Assembly: GCF_009914755.1 (NCBI RefSeq)
Contig: NC_060939.1
Strand: one strand, 5' to 3'
DNA: 64,000 nt
DNA from: the human T2T-CHM13v2.0 reference genome, Homo sapiens
Translations under genes and position numbers: made by a program
Notes under the pieces: model-generated
Seen by the model: only the letters and a program-made list of their open reading frames with translations
Told to the model about the DNA's origin: nothing
Databases searched by the model: none
In this document: one piece after another, positions 40,047 to 57,373 of the stretch
How positions within the stretch are numbered: position 1 is the first letter of the stretch
Layout of the letters: each line of letters begins with the position of its first letter

Positions 40047-42976
40047 TATACCCATAAATGGACTACTACTTGGCAATAAAAAAGAACGAATTGATATGCA
40101 CGACATAGACAGATCTCAAAATAACTGTGCTGAGTAAAAACAGCTAGACAAAAGAGTATATACTATATGTTGCCATTTATATAAAATTCTAGAAAATGCA
40201 GATAATCTATAGTGCCAGAAAGCCTGGGAATGTGGGGGTGGGGGTGGAGAGAGAGATAAGACAGAGAGATTACAAAGGGGCACTAGGAAACATGTGAGGG
40301 TGAGGGACATATTCATTGTGAACTCTACTGATGGTTTCACAGGTAGATGGATACACATGGCCAAGACTTATCAAATTGTACACTTTAAATAAGTGAAATC
40401 TATTGTATATCAATTATACTACAATAAAGCTGTTAATAAAGGTACATTAAACAAAAATATTACTTCATTACAGAAATTATGCCATATATCTCTTTGTTGT
40501 CCTTTGCAGACTACTGGCAGTAGTTGGTCTTTGCACAACTACTGAAAAACAAAGGAAACTACGTAACATTTTTCTGCAAAGAAATTTCTCCCTATACCAG
40601 AATTCCATTCTGGCAAACTCAGTTTGAAGGAGTGGCCACCACTCTAGGCCACAGCAAGAAATCATGAGTGAGTTCCTTAATAGGTACCAGGCATCTTCTT
40701 CCAGCACTGTATTTTTTAAAATTATACTTTGAATTCTGGGATACATGTGCAGAAAGTGGAGGTTTTTTACATGTGCCATGGTGGTTTGCTGCACCCATCA
40801 ACCCATCATCTACATTAGCTATTTCTCCTAATGTTATCCCTCCCCTAGCCCGACAGGCCCCGGTGTGTGATGTTCCCCTCCCTGTGTCCATGCATCCTCA
40901 TTGTTCAACTCCCACTTATGAGTGAGAACATATGGTGTTTGGTTTTCTGTTTGTGTTAGTTTGCTGAGAATGATGGTTTCCAGCTTCATCCAGGTCCCTG
41001 TAAAGGACATGAACTCATCCTTTTTTATGGCTGCATGGTATTCCATGGTGTATATGTGCCACATTTTCTTTATCCAGTCTATCATCGATGGGCATCTGGG
41101 TTGGTTCCAAGTCCTTGCTATTGTGAATAGTGCTGCAATAAACATACAAGTGCATGTGTCTTTATGGAAGAATGACTTATAATCCTTTGGGTATATACCC
41201 AGTAATGCGATTGTTGGGTCAAATGGTATTTCTAGTTCTAGATCCTTGAGGAATTGCCACCATCTTCCACAATGGTTGAACTAATTTATACTCCCATCAA
41301 CAGTGTAAAAGCATTCCTATTTCTCCAAATCCTCTCCAGCATCTGTTGTTTCCTGACTTTTTAATGATCGCCATTCTAACTGGTGTGAGATGGTATCTCA
41401 CTGTGGTTTTGATTTGCATTTCTCTAGTGACCAGTAATGATGAGCTTTTTTTCATGTTTAACGGCCACGTCTTCTTTTGCGAAGTGTGTGTTCATATCCT
41501 TTGCCCACTTTTCGATGTTTTTTTTTTTTCTTGTAAACTTGTTTAAGTTCCTTGTAGAGTCTGGATATTAGCCCTTTGTCAGATGAGTAGATTGCAAAAA
41601 CTTTCTCCCACTCTGTAGGTTGCCTGTTCACTCTGATGATAGTTTCTTTTGCTGTGCACAAGCGGTTTAGTTTAATTAGATCCTGTTTGTCAATTTTGGC
41701 CATTGCCTTTGGTGTTCTAGTCATGAAGTCCTTGCCCATGCCTATGTCCTGAATGGTATTGCCTAGGTTTTTGTCTAGGATTTTTATGGTTTTAGTTCTT
41801 ACGTTTAAGTCTTTAATCCATCTTTAGTTAATTTTTGTATAAGGTGTAAGTAAGGGGTCCAGTTACTGTTTTCTGGATATGGCTAGCCAGTTTTCCCAAT
41901 TGCTTGGATTTTGTTAGGTTTGTCAAAGATCAGATGGTTGTAGATGTATGGTGTTATTTCTGAGGCCTCTGTTCTGTTCCATTGGTCTATGTATATCTGT
42001 GTTTGTACCAGTACCATGCTGTTTTTGTTACTGTAACCTTGTAGTAAAGTTTGAAGTTGGGTAGCATGATGCCTCCAGCTTTGTTCTTTTTGCTTAGGAC
42101 TGTCTTGGCTATACAGGGTCTTTTTTGATTCCATATGAAATTTAAAGTCGTTTTTTCTAATTCTATGAAGAAAGTCAATGGTAGCTTGATCGGGATAGCA
42201 TTGAATTTATAAATTACTTTGGGCAGTATGCCCATTTTTGTGATACCATGAGTATGGAATGTTTTTCCATTTATTGTGTCCTCTCATTTCCTTGAGCAGT
42301 GGTTTATAGTTCTCCTTGAAGAGGTCCTTCCAATCTCTTCTAAGTTTTATTCCTGAGTATTTTATTCTCTTTATAGTCATTGTGAATGGGAGTTCACTCA
42401 TGACTTGGTTGTTTGTCTATTATTGGTGTATAGGAATACTTGTGATTTTTGCAATTGATTGTGTATCCTGAGACTTTACTCAAGTTGCTTATCAGCTTAA
42501 GGAGATTTTGGGCTGAGACTATGGGGTTTTCTAAATATACAATCATGTCATCTGCAAACAGAGACAATTTGACTTCCTCTCTTCCTAATTGAATACCCTT
42601 TATTTCTTTCTTTTGCCTGATTGCCCTGACCAGAACTTCCAATACTATGCTGAATAGGAGTGGTGAGAGAGGGCATCCTTTTCTTGTGCCAGTTTTCAAA
42701 GGGAATGCTTCCAGCTTTTGTCCATTCAGTACGATGTTGCCTGTGGGTTTGTCTTAAATAGCTCTAATTGAGATATGGTCCATCAATACCTAGTTTATTG
42801 GATTTTTAGCATGAAGGGGTATTGAATTTTATTGAAGGACTTTTCTGTATCTGCTGAGATAATCATGTGGTTTTTGTCATTGGTTCCGTTTGTGATATAT
42901 TACATTTATTGATCTGCATATGTTGAACCAGCCTTGCATAGCAGGGATAAAGCCGACTGGATTGTGGTGGATAAGA

Positions 42977-45571
<2,595 letters not shown>

Positions 45572-45704
45572 TCAAAAAACCAGCTCCTGGGTTCCTGCAC
45601 TGTATTCTAAATCTAGTACACTATTTTACCAAAAAAGAAAAAGGATTCATCATCATTTTATCCAAGCAAGCACGAAGGCAGTCTTCCAAGAAGTGAAATA
45701 GAAG

Positions 45705-45708
<4 letters not shown>

Positions 45709-45761
<53 letters not shown>

Positions 45762-45766
45762 ACACA
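45709..45766 (+). repeat. (CA)n microsatellite
   Basis: Visible directly. Confidence 0.97.
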
Positions 45767-46260
45767 AACACTGACTGGTAGCCAAAAATATTTGTAAAAT
45801 ATTTACAAAAGCTACAAAATAAACGAAAGGAGAGTAAAGCTGCCAGAGGAGAGCAGAATGTAGTTATTGACAAATATATTATTTGCAAATGGAAGTTTCA
45901 GATTCACCTAATAGTTACTGAATTCTTACTATATGCCAAGCAATATGCTTGGAACTTTCAAATACATTATTTCAATCTTCAAATGAGCCTGTAAGGAGTG
46001 ATTCATAGGCCTTACTAATGGAAGAAGACATGAAATAACAGACTAAACAATTCGCCAAAAGTCACACAGCAGGAAAGCTGGAATTTGATCCATGATTTGT
46101 GGATCAAATCCAGTGCCTCATCTATTATACCACACTTCCCCAAGCATTAATTGTCCCATAAACTTCATTTTAAAAATAAATAGAAAACAATGACAGTTAA
46201 TATTTACTGACACTTTACTAAGAATTAGATCCAGTGCTAAACACTCTAGATATACTAGCT

Positions 46261-46615
46261 TTTCTTAGTCCATTCAGTTTAGCTATAATGTCCCAGACTG
46301 GATACCTAATAGAGAAAGGAAATTTATTTCTTACAGTTCGAGAGGCTGGGAAGTCCAAGGTTGAGAGACCCACATGTGGTGAACGACTTCCTGTGGTGTC
46401 ATCCCATGGTGAAAGATGGAAGAGCAAGAGACGACAAGACAGCACGAGATTCAATGTGCAATCTCAAGCCCTTTTATAATGGCATTAATCTATTAATGTG
46501 GGTTAACAGATTAGTACCCACCTGAACACCCCTCACTAGTGCCCATCTCTCAACACTATTGCATTGTAGATTAAATAACAAACACACTCTTTCTGGGGAA
46601 CACATTCAAATCATC
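46261..46615 (-). mobile_element. MaLR solo LTR (MSTD/MLT1A-like)
   Basis: tcttagtccattc...atttatttcttacagttcgagaggctgggaagtccaagg...cacattcaaatcat. Confidence 0.7.
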
Positions 46616-48544
46616 TTTCATCCTCACAATCCATGAGGTAGGTACAATCATCTCTAATCTACAGCTGGGATATCTGAGGCCTGGAAAGATTAAATAATAA
46701 CATGTAATGTGAATGAATCCACTCAAGTATAATAGATGTTTAAGTTGTCTAGTTTTCTGATATGACTGACATATTTAATCTTGATTCCTTTAGTATGATT
46801 TGAAGACTATGTTCAAAACTTACTGAAAAAGTGATGATTTCCTTTAGTTGGTTTAGAGAGACGCAAACTATAGAGTTGTGATATACTATTCTGTCAAACT
46901 TTCATTTTAAGAAAGCACTGAGGAGTACTTTGTTTTCTTTTAAGAGACTCTAAGTAAAGGATGAAGAGAAATTAACTCAGGCTGAACTACATTAATGCTG
47001 TAAAAATCCTAAAGTAACGTTAAACTTTATGGGTTGGTCTTTGTTGATAATTAGCTTAATCAGATTGATCATTTACTGTTCAGCTTGGGAATTATCTTTG
47101 CTTATGACAAGCCATCTGCATAGTTTTGTAGATGGACATTACTTGCCCTCAATGTGGTTAAGAATAATATAATCTGAAGTGTAAAAAGATGATTCATGGG
47201 AAATCACTGTTGAGGAAAACCTAGTATTTTCTCCAGCTTTTACACACTTTGGTACCCCCTGACTATTAACTACTCTCACTAGAACACTGAGGCTACATGT
47301 TTAGCAGTCACTGAGCATGTCATGTTCAGTGTTGGCTCACCTACCAAGAGTTAACGACCCTAGGAAATCAGACACACACTACCCTTCTCAACATGTCCCA
47401 TCTGGTATGATTTAGGTTCTTAGGGATGTGTTGTTTGTTTTTATTTTCCCATCTCTATAAGGTTTTTCACATCCTATTAAAGAGACTTCTAAGGATAGAC
47501 ACTGAATTCAAAAAAAATCTGCAGCTCTGGTGTTTAAATGACTGTTAAAAGTACAACTGCAGGAATGACAACAAAACTGCATTCGCTATTGAAAGGAAAC
47601 AGTGAAACCTAATATCCCATCCTACCTTCCAGCAAAATATGTATCGAGCTTTTACAAAGTGCTGATTCTTTAATATCTGGCATAGGAAATGATGTTGAGA
47701 ATAAATGATACCACTATTTGTTGATTATCTGCCAATATCAAATAACACATTGTGAGTCCCTGAGGACTCACGAGGGTCCTCACAGCTAGCATTCCTTTCC
47801 TCGAATTTCTTTTTGTATTTTGGTTCCCATAAAACTACAGTTCCATTTTCTCCAAAGAGATTAATGTTAAGAGAAAAGGAAGACAGCCTTAAATTCTTGC
47901 CAGTTGTGACTATTAACAACTGTGGAATTAAGATGGAGAATTATCTTTTTCTTAAAATACTTTTATCTTTGAATAAAGTAGCTTTTCATTCAAATGTAAA
48001 TATCTTCAACTGATGACACTTCTCCTAGATACAGATACATTTGAAAATTATATTAAATGACAGAACTTTAGTTTTGTCCTTGATCTTATCATCTTGAAAA
48101 TCATGACATTTTTAGGTAATGATGCAGAGAATTCTCTTCTCTCCATGCTCCCATAACACACCACACTCTAATAGTTACATATTCACAGATTATCTCTTGG
48201 GCTAGACTGAATCACATAAAACACCACCTTTGCCTCTCCAAGATCTATAAGTGCTTGATAAATGTTTGTGGAATTGACTGGAAACAACTTAAGTTTTAAA
48301 TTTTCATGTCCTATATCAGACAGTGTCAAATGGAAACCCTGTATTGTAACAAATGGAATTTAAAGAGGCTAAAGATGCAATTTTGAAGTGAATTTTAGGA
48401 AAAAAAGGAGTTACAATGTGTCTATGACCTAAGCATGCTGCACTGAGAAATTATCCTTCCTAAGTACCTCCATTAATATGTCATTCCGAATTTTAATGGC
48501 TCTCCCCTATGGGAGGGTGTATAGTCCCTTAGCCTGGGAGGCAG

Positions 48545-48740
48545 TGTACCACTGTAATATGGAATATAGGCCCTGGGTGTGACTCTCGGCCCTACAACTA
48601 ACTAGCATGTAACCCTGGGCAGGTAATGTAACCCCTCTTAGCCACACTTTGCTCAATGCTGTAGGGTTGCTGTAATAATGTATTCAAAGCATTTAGCAGG
48701 TACTTGACACAAAGTAAGTGCTAAATCAATGTTGGCTATT
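48545..48740 (+). mobile_element. MIR
   Basis: actagcatgtaaccctgggcaggtaatgtaacccctct...aaagcatttagcagg...gtaagtgct. Confidence 0.6.
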
Positions 48741-48784
48741 AATATCCAAAATGTAAAGCCTTTAATACTTTGTAAAATTAATTG

Positions 48785-49530
48785 ATTTTTCACAGCTTGA
48801 GATATAACTCATATACCATAAAATCCACTCTTTTGATGTGTACAATTCAGTGGATTTTAGTATATTAACAGAGTTGTGCATCCATCACAACCATTACTTC
48901 TATCTGAGGACATAAATACCCCAAAAAGATACTTCATATTCCATCAGCAGTCACTTTCCATTCTCCCAGTCCTTTGAAACCACTAATCAACTTTCTGTTT
49001 ATAGATTTGCCTATTCTGGATATTTCATACAGTCACATGATACAGTCTTTTGTAACTGGATTCTTTCATTTGGTATAGTGTTTTCAAGGCTCATTCAGGC
49101 TGCAGCATGTATAAATACCTCACTCCTTTTTATGGGTGAACAGTATTCCATTGTATGGATAGACCACTTTTTGTTAATCAGCTTATCATTTAATGGACAT
49201 TTGAGTTGTTTCCACTTTTTGGCAATTAGGAATAATACTGCTGTGAACATTTTTGTACATGTTTCTGTGTGGTATTAGATTTTGTCACGTTTCTTCTGTG
49301 ATGATCACCTGGTTTTTGTCCTTTATTCCATTACTATGGAGTATTACATTGATTTTTTTACATATATAAAACCAATCTTGCATTCCTGGGATAAATCCCA
49401 CTTGGTCATGGTATATAATCATTTTTATATATTTCTGGATTTTGTTTGCTACTATTTTGTCGAGGATTTTTCCATCTATACTCATAAGATGTTGGTATAT
49501 AGTTTTCTTGTGATATCTTTGTCTGTGGTA
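48785..49530 (-). mobile_element. Ancient L1M fragments (3'UTR plus RT fragment)
   Basis: gtgtacaattcagtggattttagtatatt; ORF 49285..49551 contains [19 protein letters not shown]. Confidence 0.75.
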
Positions 49531-50942
49531 TCTTCTACATGTTGGCCACAATTTTTTGACCCAGAATTATTTCCAATGCCTTGATGTGCATATTATTTCC
49601 CAGTTCATCTGACTCCCAACGTTTCTCCCCAGTCCCTTCCCAATTCCGTTATTCCACTAAGACTTTGTGTTCTCCTGCTTCGAGTTGTTGACTAACACTG
49701 CCCTTTCTTCCCAATTCACTCTACTTATCTATATCCTACAGACCCTCAAATCCCTCTTTCTCTTGAAACCTTGATAGACCACCCAACCCCTAGAGCTCTC
49801 TCCCTTCTTGAGATGCTGATGTCATATTACAAACTAACATTTGCTTACTGCTTAAAATTTCCCAAACTCATATTGCATTTAATTCCCATGACCCTGAGAA
49901 ACAGGTATGTATGCTATTATTAAACCAATTTTGTACAAAACCAAGTGGCTGGTCCATAATTATATAGCTATGAAGTAAAAAATAGTAAACCCTATGCTTA
50001 TGGTGGCATTTTAAAGCAGGGGAGGGTTCTACTGATACCTCGCCTTCTAGCTCTGAGATTAAGTTTTTATTTACCAAATTCAGTCTTTCCTCCTTCATGT
50101 AGCAACAAATATTTACTATGTATGTTTACTATACATAAGATACTATTTGAGGTACTGAGAAGGCCTAAGGGATAGACTCCAAAGAGAATGTCCTCCCCAC
50201 AAATCTTCATATATGACCAGAAACTGCCATCTTTTGAAAGTAAAACTTATAAAAATCAAGACTAAACTGATAAGCAAATCAGCTCAAAGATGAAAAAGGA
50301 GTTACTTATGAGAGTAAAGTACTGCTTAAATATTCAATATTAATTAATTAAATCAAGGGCTTTTCCAAATCCAGTATGTCCTTATGGTTGTATTCCTAAT
50401 ACTTTGGTTTGACCAACTGAAGTAAATAAAATAGTAACCTCATTAACTGTAAAGGTGATCTGCATGAAACCTAAAGAAAATCAAACAATATCAAAATTAA
50501 TCAAAAGGTGCCAGAGAGACTTCTGCTTCTAATTGTAATGGAGTAACCGACACTGGACTTGTTTTACCATTATAAACAACTAGAAAAGTATATGAAATTG
50601 TTTTATTCAAACATTGGATATCAGGCAGTATGGGACTATGAATCTAGAGAAAAGGAAATCCTTTTGTGCCTAAACTTTCTAGATTGCAGTATGGTATGAG
50701 GAGACCAAAGCAGAATATGATGGTCTGAATTCTGACCAGACAGATAAGAAAGATCTTGTTGAACACTGGGGACATTCAACAGAAACCTCAGAAGGATTTC
50801 AGCTTATTAATAAGAATAAACTAGTCTTAACAAAGCTTAAAGGTAAGTTCCAAAAGAGACAAGCTGAACCTCAAGTAACTTAACTACCTTTTAGGAAAAA
50901 AAAAGTTTGACATTCTTTAAAGAAAAACAACAAAATCTCTAA

Positions 50943-51379
<437 letters not shown>

Positions 51380-52023
51380 ACAGACAAGGATTGTAAAATA
51401 GATGTCTACACAAATTTAAAGGAATAAAGGGGTGTAGCGAGGAAGAAAATATAAGATATTTAAAAAATCATGGAATTTCTAGAACTTAACAAAATCTCTG
51501 AAGCAGATTAAGCATTACAGAAGAATATACGAACGTCAAAGATGACAATGAAAGTTACCTAGCCGGAAGCACAAAGGAAAAAAATGCTGGAAATAAAAGA
51601 GTCCCAGTGACCCATGGGATAATGACAAATGACCTAACATATCTGTAAACAGAAGGCGAAAGTAGAAAGCAAAAAAAAAAGATTTGAAAAAATAATGGTC
51701 AAAATGTTTCCCAGTTTGATGAAAACTATAAACTCACAGATATACAGAAATTTTAACGAACCAACAAAATACACAAAAGTACATCACAATCAAATTGCTG
51801 AAAACTGACAAAAAGAAACTCTCTCAAAAGCAGTCTGGGGGAAAAGAAACATTACTTACCGTAAAATAAAGATAACAATGATTGCTGTATCTCATCAGAA
51901 ACAGTAAAGTCAGAAACATGCCAGAATGATATCTTTGAAGTCTTGAAAGTAAAATAAAACACAAACTGTCACATTAGAATTTTATATCCAGAAAAAAAAG
52001 TTAGTTATTAAAAAGTGAAGACA

Positions 52024-52324
52024 GGCCGGGTACAGTGGCTCATGCCTGTAATCCCAGCACTTTGGGAGGCCGAGGCGGGCGGATCACGAGGTCACGAGAT
52101 ACAGACCATCCTGGCTAACATGGTGGAACCCCGTCTCTGCTAAAAATAAATACAAAAAAATTAACCAGGCATGGTAGCGGGTGCCTGTAGTCCCAGCTAC
52201 TCGGAAGGCTGAGGCAGGAGAATGGCGCAAACCTGGGAGGCAGAGCTTGCAGTGAGCCTGAGCAACTACTGCACTCCAGCCTGAGCGACAGTGAGGCTGA
52301 CCCCTCAAAAAAAAAAAAAAAAAA
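52024..52324 (+). mobile_element. AluY-like element
   Basis: Full Alu with poly(A); TSD core gtgaagaca on both sides. Confidence 0.92.
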
Positions 52325-53314
52325 GGTGAAGACAAAATGAAGCCATTTTTTAGACAAACAAAAGCTGAGAGAAGTCATCACTAGTAGACCTACACTACAA
52401 GAAACGTTAAAGATCGTTACAGATAAGGAAAATTATGCCAGAAGGAAATGGGCCTACAACACAAACAAGGAAGGAGGCCAGGAATAGCAAGTATGTGAGT
52501 AAACAGACAATAATTTTGTATTCTTATTCAAAAAACAAATTTTAAAACAAAAACAGCAGCAATGTATTGTGGGGCATATAACCTATGTCTAAGTAAATTA
52601 TAGGGCAACAATAACACAAAGGATGAGATTGGAACAATGCTGCTGTATGGTTACCACACTGTATATGAAGTAACATAAAGTATTTAATGGTAGACTGTGA
52701 TTGAGGTGCATATTGTACACACTAAAGCAAACACTTTAAAAAGAGGTACAGCTAATAATGCAAAATAGAATAAAAAGAGTGGTAAAATTATCTAACTCAT
52801 CCAAAAGAAGGCAGACAAAGAGGGAAAATATGGACAAAGAGAAAACAAATCAAAATGGGGGATTTTAGACCCGACCATATCATTAATACATTGAATGTTG
52901 AACAACAAAAATGAAAACACGAAGAGTAGATATTATTCCATTTATATGAAATTCTAGAATAGGCAAAAATAATTAAAAAGAATCAGTGGTTGCCAGAAGC
53001 CAAGGGTGTTACCTGCAAAGAGGCATGAGAAATCTTTCTAAGGCATGGAAACAATCTACATCTTGATTCGGATGGTTACACAGGTGTATATACATGGTAC
53101 TTAAATGGGTGCATTTTATTGTATGTAAATTATACTTCAGTAAAGTCATTTAAAACGTTAAAAGATCTTCAGTGGCAAAACAGATTTGAACCCAAGCTGC
53201 CTTGCAATAAGCACTTATGGTTTTATGGACTCACTATGTGGCTTCTTGTCTGGCCTGAAAGAGGAGATTCCATTTATTCAATTTAACTTCCACTACCTGA
53301 TATTGTGACTTATG

Positions 53315-53580
53315 TGCCGGGCGCAGTGGCTCACACCTGTAATCCCAGCATTTTGGGAGGCTGAGGCTGGTGGATCATGAGGTCAGGAGTTCAAGACCAG
53401 CCTAGCCAACATGGTGAAACCCCATCTCTACTTAAGATAAAAAAATTAGCCAGGCATGGTGGTGCGTGCCTGTAGTCCCAGCTACGAATCACTTGAACCC
53501 GGGAGGCAGCGGTTTCAGGGAGCCGAGATCACGCCATTGCGCTCCAGCCTGGGTGACAGGGCAAGACTCCATCTCAAAAA
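53315..53580 (+). mobile_element. AluS-like element with a small internal deletion
   Basis: gccgggcgcagtggctcac...cagctacgaatcacttgaaccc...atctcaaaaa. Confidence 0.9.
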
Positions 53581-54020
53581 TGTTACTCGTTTTTAGACTG
53601 AAATATCTTGGAAGAAAACATTAAATGCTAGAAGTTAATTTATCAAGAAATTCCTAACACCTATATGATGACATCAGTGATGAACATTACAACAAATAAT
53701 TGAAGGGATTTTTATCATATTATATCATATTCCTAGATGAGGAGTCAATATGGTAAAGATAGCATTTTTCCTCATTTTAATATGGACATGTAATGTTATG
53801 CCAATCAAAATTCCAATCAAAGTTTTTTAGAGTAACATAAGGTACTTAGAAAATCGGTTTGAAATTTCTTCTAAAAGAATAAATGGGCTTTGAAAAACCA
53901 AATAAGAGGGTATGTTGCCTATATTATAGTAACACATCTTATAAAACCTAGTAATTAAGGCAGTCTGGTACTAGTGAAAGAACAGAAAAAATTATGAGCT
54001 CTAAAACAGAAATTTCCTGT

Positions 54021-54084
54021 ATAGTTTGGTGCAAAAGTCATTGCAGTTTTTGCCATTAATCAAATTACTTTTGCTCCAACCTGT
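54021..54084. mobile_element. MADE1 (Hsmar1-derived MITE), internally deleted
   Basis: ttggtgcaaaagtcattgcagtttttgccatt...aattacttttgctccaacct, with inverted termini. Confidence 0.8.
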
Positions 54085-54890
54085 ATATATGGAAATGCAT
54101 CATGTAATGTTATATTCAGATGAGTTGCAAAGGGGTAGACTGTTTAATAAATTGTTTTGAAGTAACTAAACATTCATTTATAAACAAACAACCCTCACCT
54201 TTCATTATACATGAAAATAAATTCCAACCAGATTAAAGATTTAAACAACAAAACCATAAAAGTACTGAAAGAAAATATTAAGGGCCGTTTGTATAATCTT
54301 AAAGGGGTTTGTTCAAAAATGACAGGAAATCCAGAAGCTGTCAGAAAAAGACTAAAGGAGAAGACTACATGAGAATTTAAAATCTGCACATGGCAAACAA
54401 CTGTTTTAAAAAAATTAAAAAGCAAAGAACAAACATATTTTCAAATTCTACAACAAACAAAAGATTAACATACCTAACCTCTTATAAATGAAACCAATAC
54501 TCTAAGGCCTTCTTGGTAAGCAAGTTGTAAATATGTTTTTATTTTGCAATTCCACTTCTAGAACCATATCCAACTGAGCATCTAATATGTACACATATAC
54601 GTGTGTGTATACGTATATACATATGTGTATACAGTTACAGATTTACAAGTAAAATTTTTCTTGGGTCTCCAAAGGTTTTTATTTCAGCAGTCTGTTTAAT
54701 AGGAAAAATTAGTGGAAAAAACACCCTCAAGTGTACATTAATACAGGATTAAATGATGATATACTGATGCAAGAGTATTCTATGCAGCTGTTAAAAATAA
54801 ATGCCGGAGATGTAGGTACTAACATGACAAGGTGTTATCTCTTGTTTGACATATTATGCTGTCATTTTTAATTTAAAAAGTTACACAATA

Positions 54891-55194
54891 GGCCGGACAC
54901 CGTGGCTCATGCCTGTAATCCTAGCACTTTGGGAGGCCAAGGCAGGTGAATTACCTGAGGACAGGAGTTCGAGACCAGCTTGGCCAACATGGCAAAACCC
55001 CCGTCTCTACTAAAAATACGAAAATTAGCCGGGCATGGTGGTAGGTGCCTATAATCCCAGCTACTTGGGAGGCTGAGGCAGGAGAATCGCTTGAACCTGG
55101 GGGGCGGAGGTTGCTGTGAGACAAGATTGTGCCACTTCAATCCAGCCTGGGCAAAAGAGTGAAACTCCATCTCAAAAAAAAAAAAAAAAAAAAA
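54891..55194 (+). mobile_element. AluS-like element
   Basis: Full Alu with poly(A); TSD ttacacaata on both sides. Confidence 0.93.
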
Positions 55195-55817
55195 TTACAC
55201 AATAGAAGCCTCTTGACTGACTCAATCAGGACCATTGGTTGGTCAACAGAAAAAGGTTAAAGCAGAAAAAGATACTTTAAATATTTCATTTCTCCAGTCT
55301 TTTGATATAGAACCAAGAACTTTACTTAATCATGGGTCCACCTGTCTCTTCTGATTAAATCACACCCCTAAATTATTATTTATGATTTCTGGTTTCAATT
55401 TCCTTAAAGTGAAGTAAGGACTTAAGAACATTTGCAAAGCAATTCCAGGTGCCCATTCTATCTAGGTTTATATTTTTCCCCAGTCTTTTACAGTTGTCTT
55501 AAATTGATTGCATCTTTAGTTTTTCTTAGCATCTAGCCTTTAGCAAATATTTTCAAAGCATTAAACTTCAGAATAATTAATAATTCCCTTTCATACTCAC
55601 ATTTTGGTTTAAATATTTCATTAAACTGCAAAATTACAATAACAAATACAACTAGAATAAAATATTTGGAAACAAACAAGGTTAACTCGACAAACACAAA
55701 ACTCAGTAATCTAACTGAATTAATATTCAAGTTTATTAATAAATCTTTTATTAAATTTACTACTGTGAGTCAGTTTAACCAAGTATAATTAACTCTGTAT
55801 CAACTGATAAAATGTTT

Positions 55818-56108
55818 CTAGATCTGTGCTGTCCAATACGGTAGCACGCATGGCAATGGAGAACGTGAAATGTGGCTAGTCTGAAGAGATGTGCTGTCAA
55901 TGTAAAACACATACCATATTTCAAAGAATGCATATGAAAAAGAACGCAAAATATTGTATTAATAACTTATAGTGATTATATGTTGCAATATTTTGAAAAT
56001 ACTGGATTAAAGTTATTAACATTAATTTCACGTATTTTTTAATGTGGCTACTAGCTTATTTTAAATGACAAATGTTGCTCTCATTCTATTAGATAGCACT
56101 GTTCTAGA
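55818..56108. mobile_element. MER33/MER3-like hAT-Charlie element
   Basis: ctgtgctgtccaatacggtagc...gaaatgtggctagt...ctattagatagcactg, flanked by ttctaga on both sides. Confidence 0.7.
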
Positions 56109-56255
56109 CCTGCGGACATCCTTTGTTCAATGATGATATCATCTGTGAGGTTCTACTTGAAACAATGAATCAGACTTTCCTATCATCTGTTACCTGGATC
56201 AGAGATATTTGAGTAACATTTATAAATCTTCTTAAGCTGACTTGTGACTCTGTAA

Positions 56256-56577
56256 CAGGGATCTGTAAACTATGGCCCATGGGTCAAATATACCCTGCTG
56301 TTTTGGTATGGCCTACAAGCTAAAACCAGTTTTTGCATGTTTAAATGTCTAGAAACAATAAAAAGATTAGCATTTGTAATCCATACAAATTATGTAAAAA
56401 TTCCAATTTCCATGTCTATAAATAAACTTTAATTGGCACATAGCCACACTCAATATTATCTATGACTGTTTGGTGATACTATGGCATGGCTGAGTAGTTG
56501 CAACAGAGACCACGTTGCCTCCAAAATTTACATTTACTATCTAGCCCTATACAGAAAAAAAATGTGCTGAGCCCTGC
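56256..56577. mobile_element. MER58-like hAT-Charlie element
   Basis: cagggatctgtaaactatggcccatgggtcaaat...atttactatctagccctatacagaaaa...tgctgagccctg. Confidence 0.7.
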
Positions 56578-57004
56578 TCTATATCATCTCTTAAGGTTCA
56601 TGGGGTATAGTGAGTTGCCAATTGCACCTACCGGACCTGTCCAAACAATGAGAAGGGAAAGCTTGTGTCTCCATTCTTATCCTTACCAGAGACTAGTTTA
56701 GATTTCCAGCTTCTTAACTTGCTTCTGCCGCTATTCAACAAAGTGTCTAGAACCCCACATTCTGGGATAGTTCTTACACAGATGGTATCACAAAAATGCT
56801 CAGATATCTGTGGGGTCAAATGGTCCCTGTGTGCCTTTGCTTTCACATCCACCAGTGTTCTATGACACCAATGTTATCCTTTGTGGGCTTGGGTACTCAC
56901 TGCCCTTTTGGTGTCTAGCCTATGGGTACTAGTTTTATTGTTTTTGTAACCCCTCAACTCATTTGCAAGACTGTTCCTCAAGCCCTGGTTTTTCAGATAC
57001 CTAC

Positions 57005-57118
57005 CTCAGTAGACCCTGTGAATGCAATCTTGTCTATGCCAATGTGAGAAGCTATTGCTGCCCCAGCCGTTGGCCCATATCCTGGCAAAATATTGATGAC
57101 CCCGGGAGGAAAGCCAGC
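57005..57118 (-). CDS. ALDH1A2: ALDH1A2 exon 7 (114 nt, [38 protein letters not shown])
   Basis: Contains the NAD-binding FTGSTE motif; AG/GTaggt boundaries; symmetric phase-0 exon. Confidence 0.96.
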
Positions 57119-57244
57119 CTAAGAAAACAGAACAGGAGGAAACGTGGCTGATGAAAGCTGATGCATCATGTTAAATGAGATATGCTCTAGTAGGCTCCAG
57201 CTGTAAGGGGAGTCAGAAGCACTCCCGAAGTCCGTTTCTCTTAC

Positions 57245-57373
57245 CTCCTTGATGAGGGCTCCCATGTAGAGTGCACTGAGTGGTGTTTGCTCTGCTGGCT
57301 TAATAACTACTGTATTGCCACAGCACAAAGCTGGAGCTATTTTCCAGGCAAACATCAGCAGGGGGAAGTTCCA
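57245..57373 (-). CDS. ALDH1A2: ALDH1A2 exon 6 (129 nt, [31 protein letters not shown]...IKE)
   Basis: Contains the ALDH WNFP and KPAEQTP motifs; AG/GTaag boundaries; overlaps ORF 57119..57355. Confidence 0.97.
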
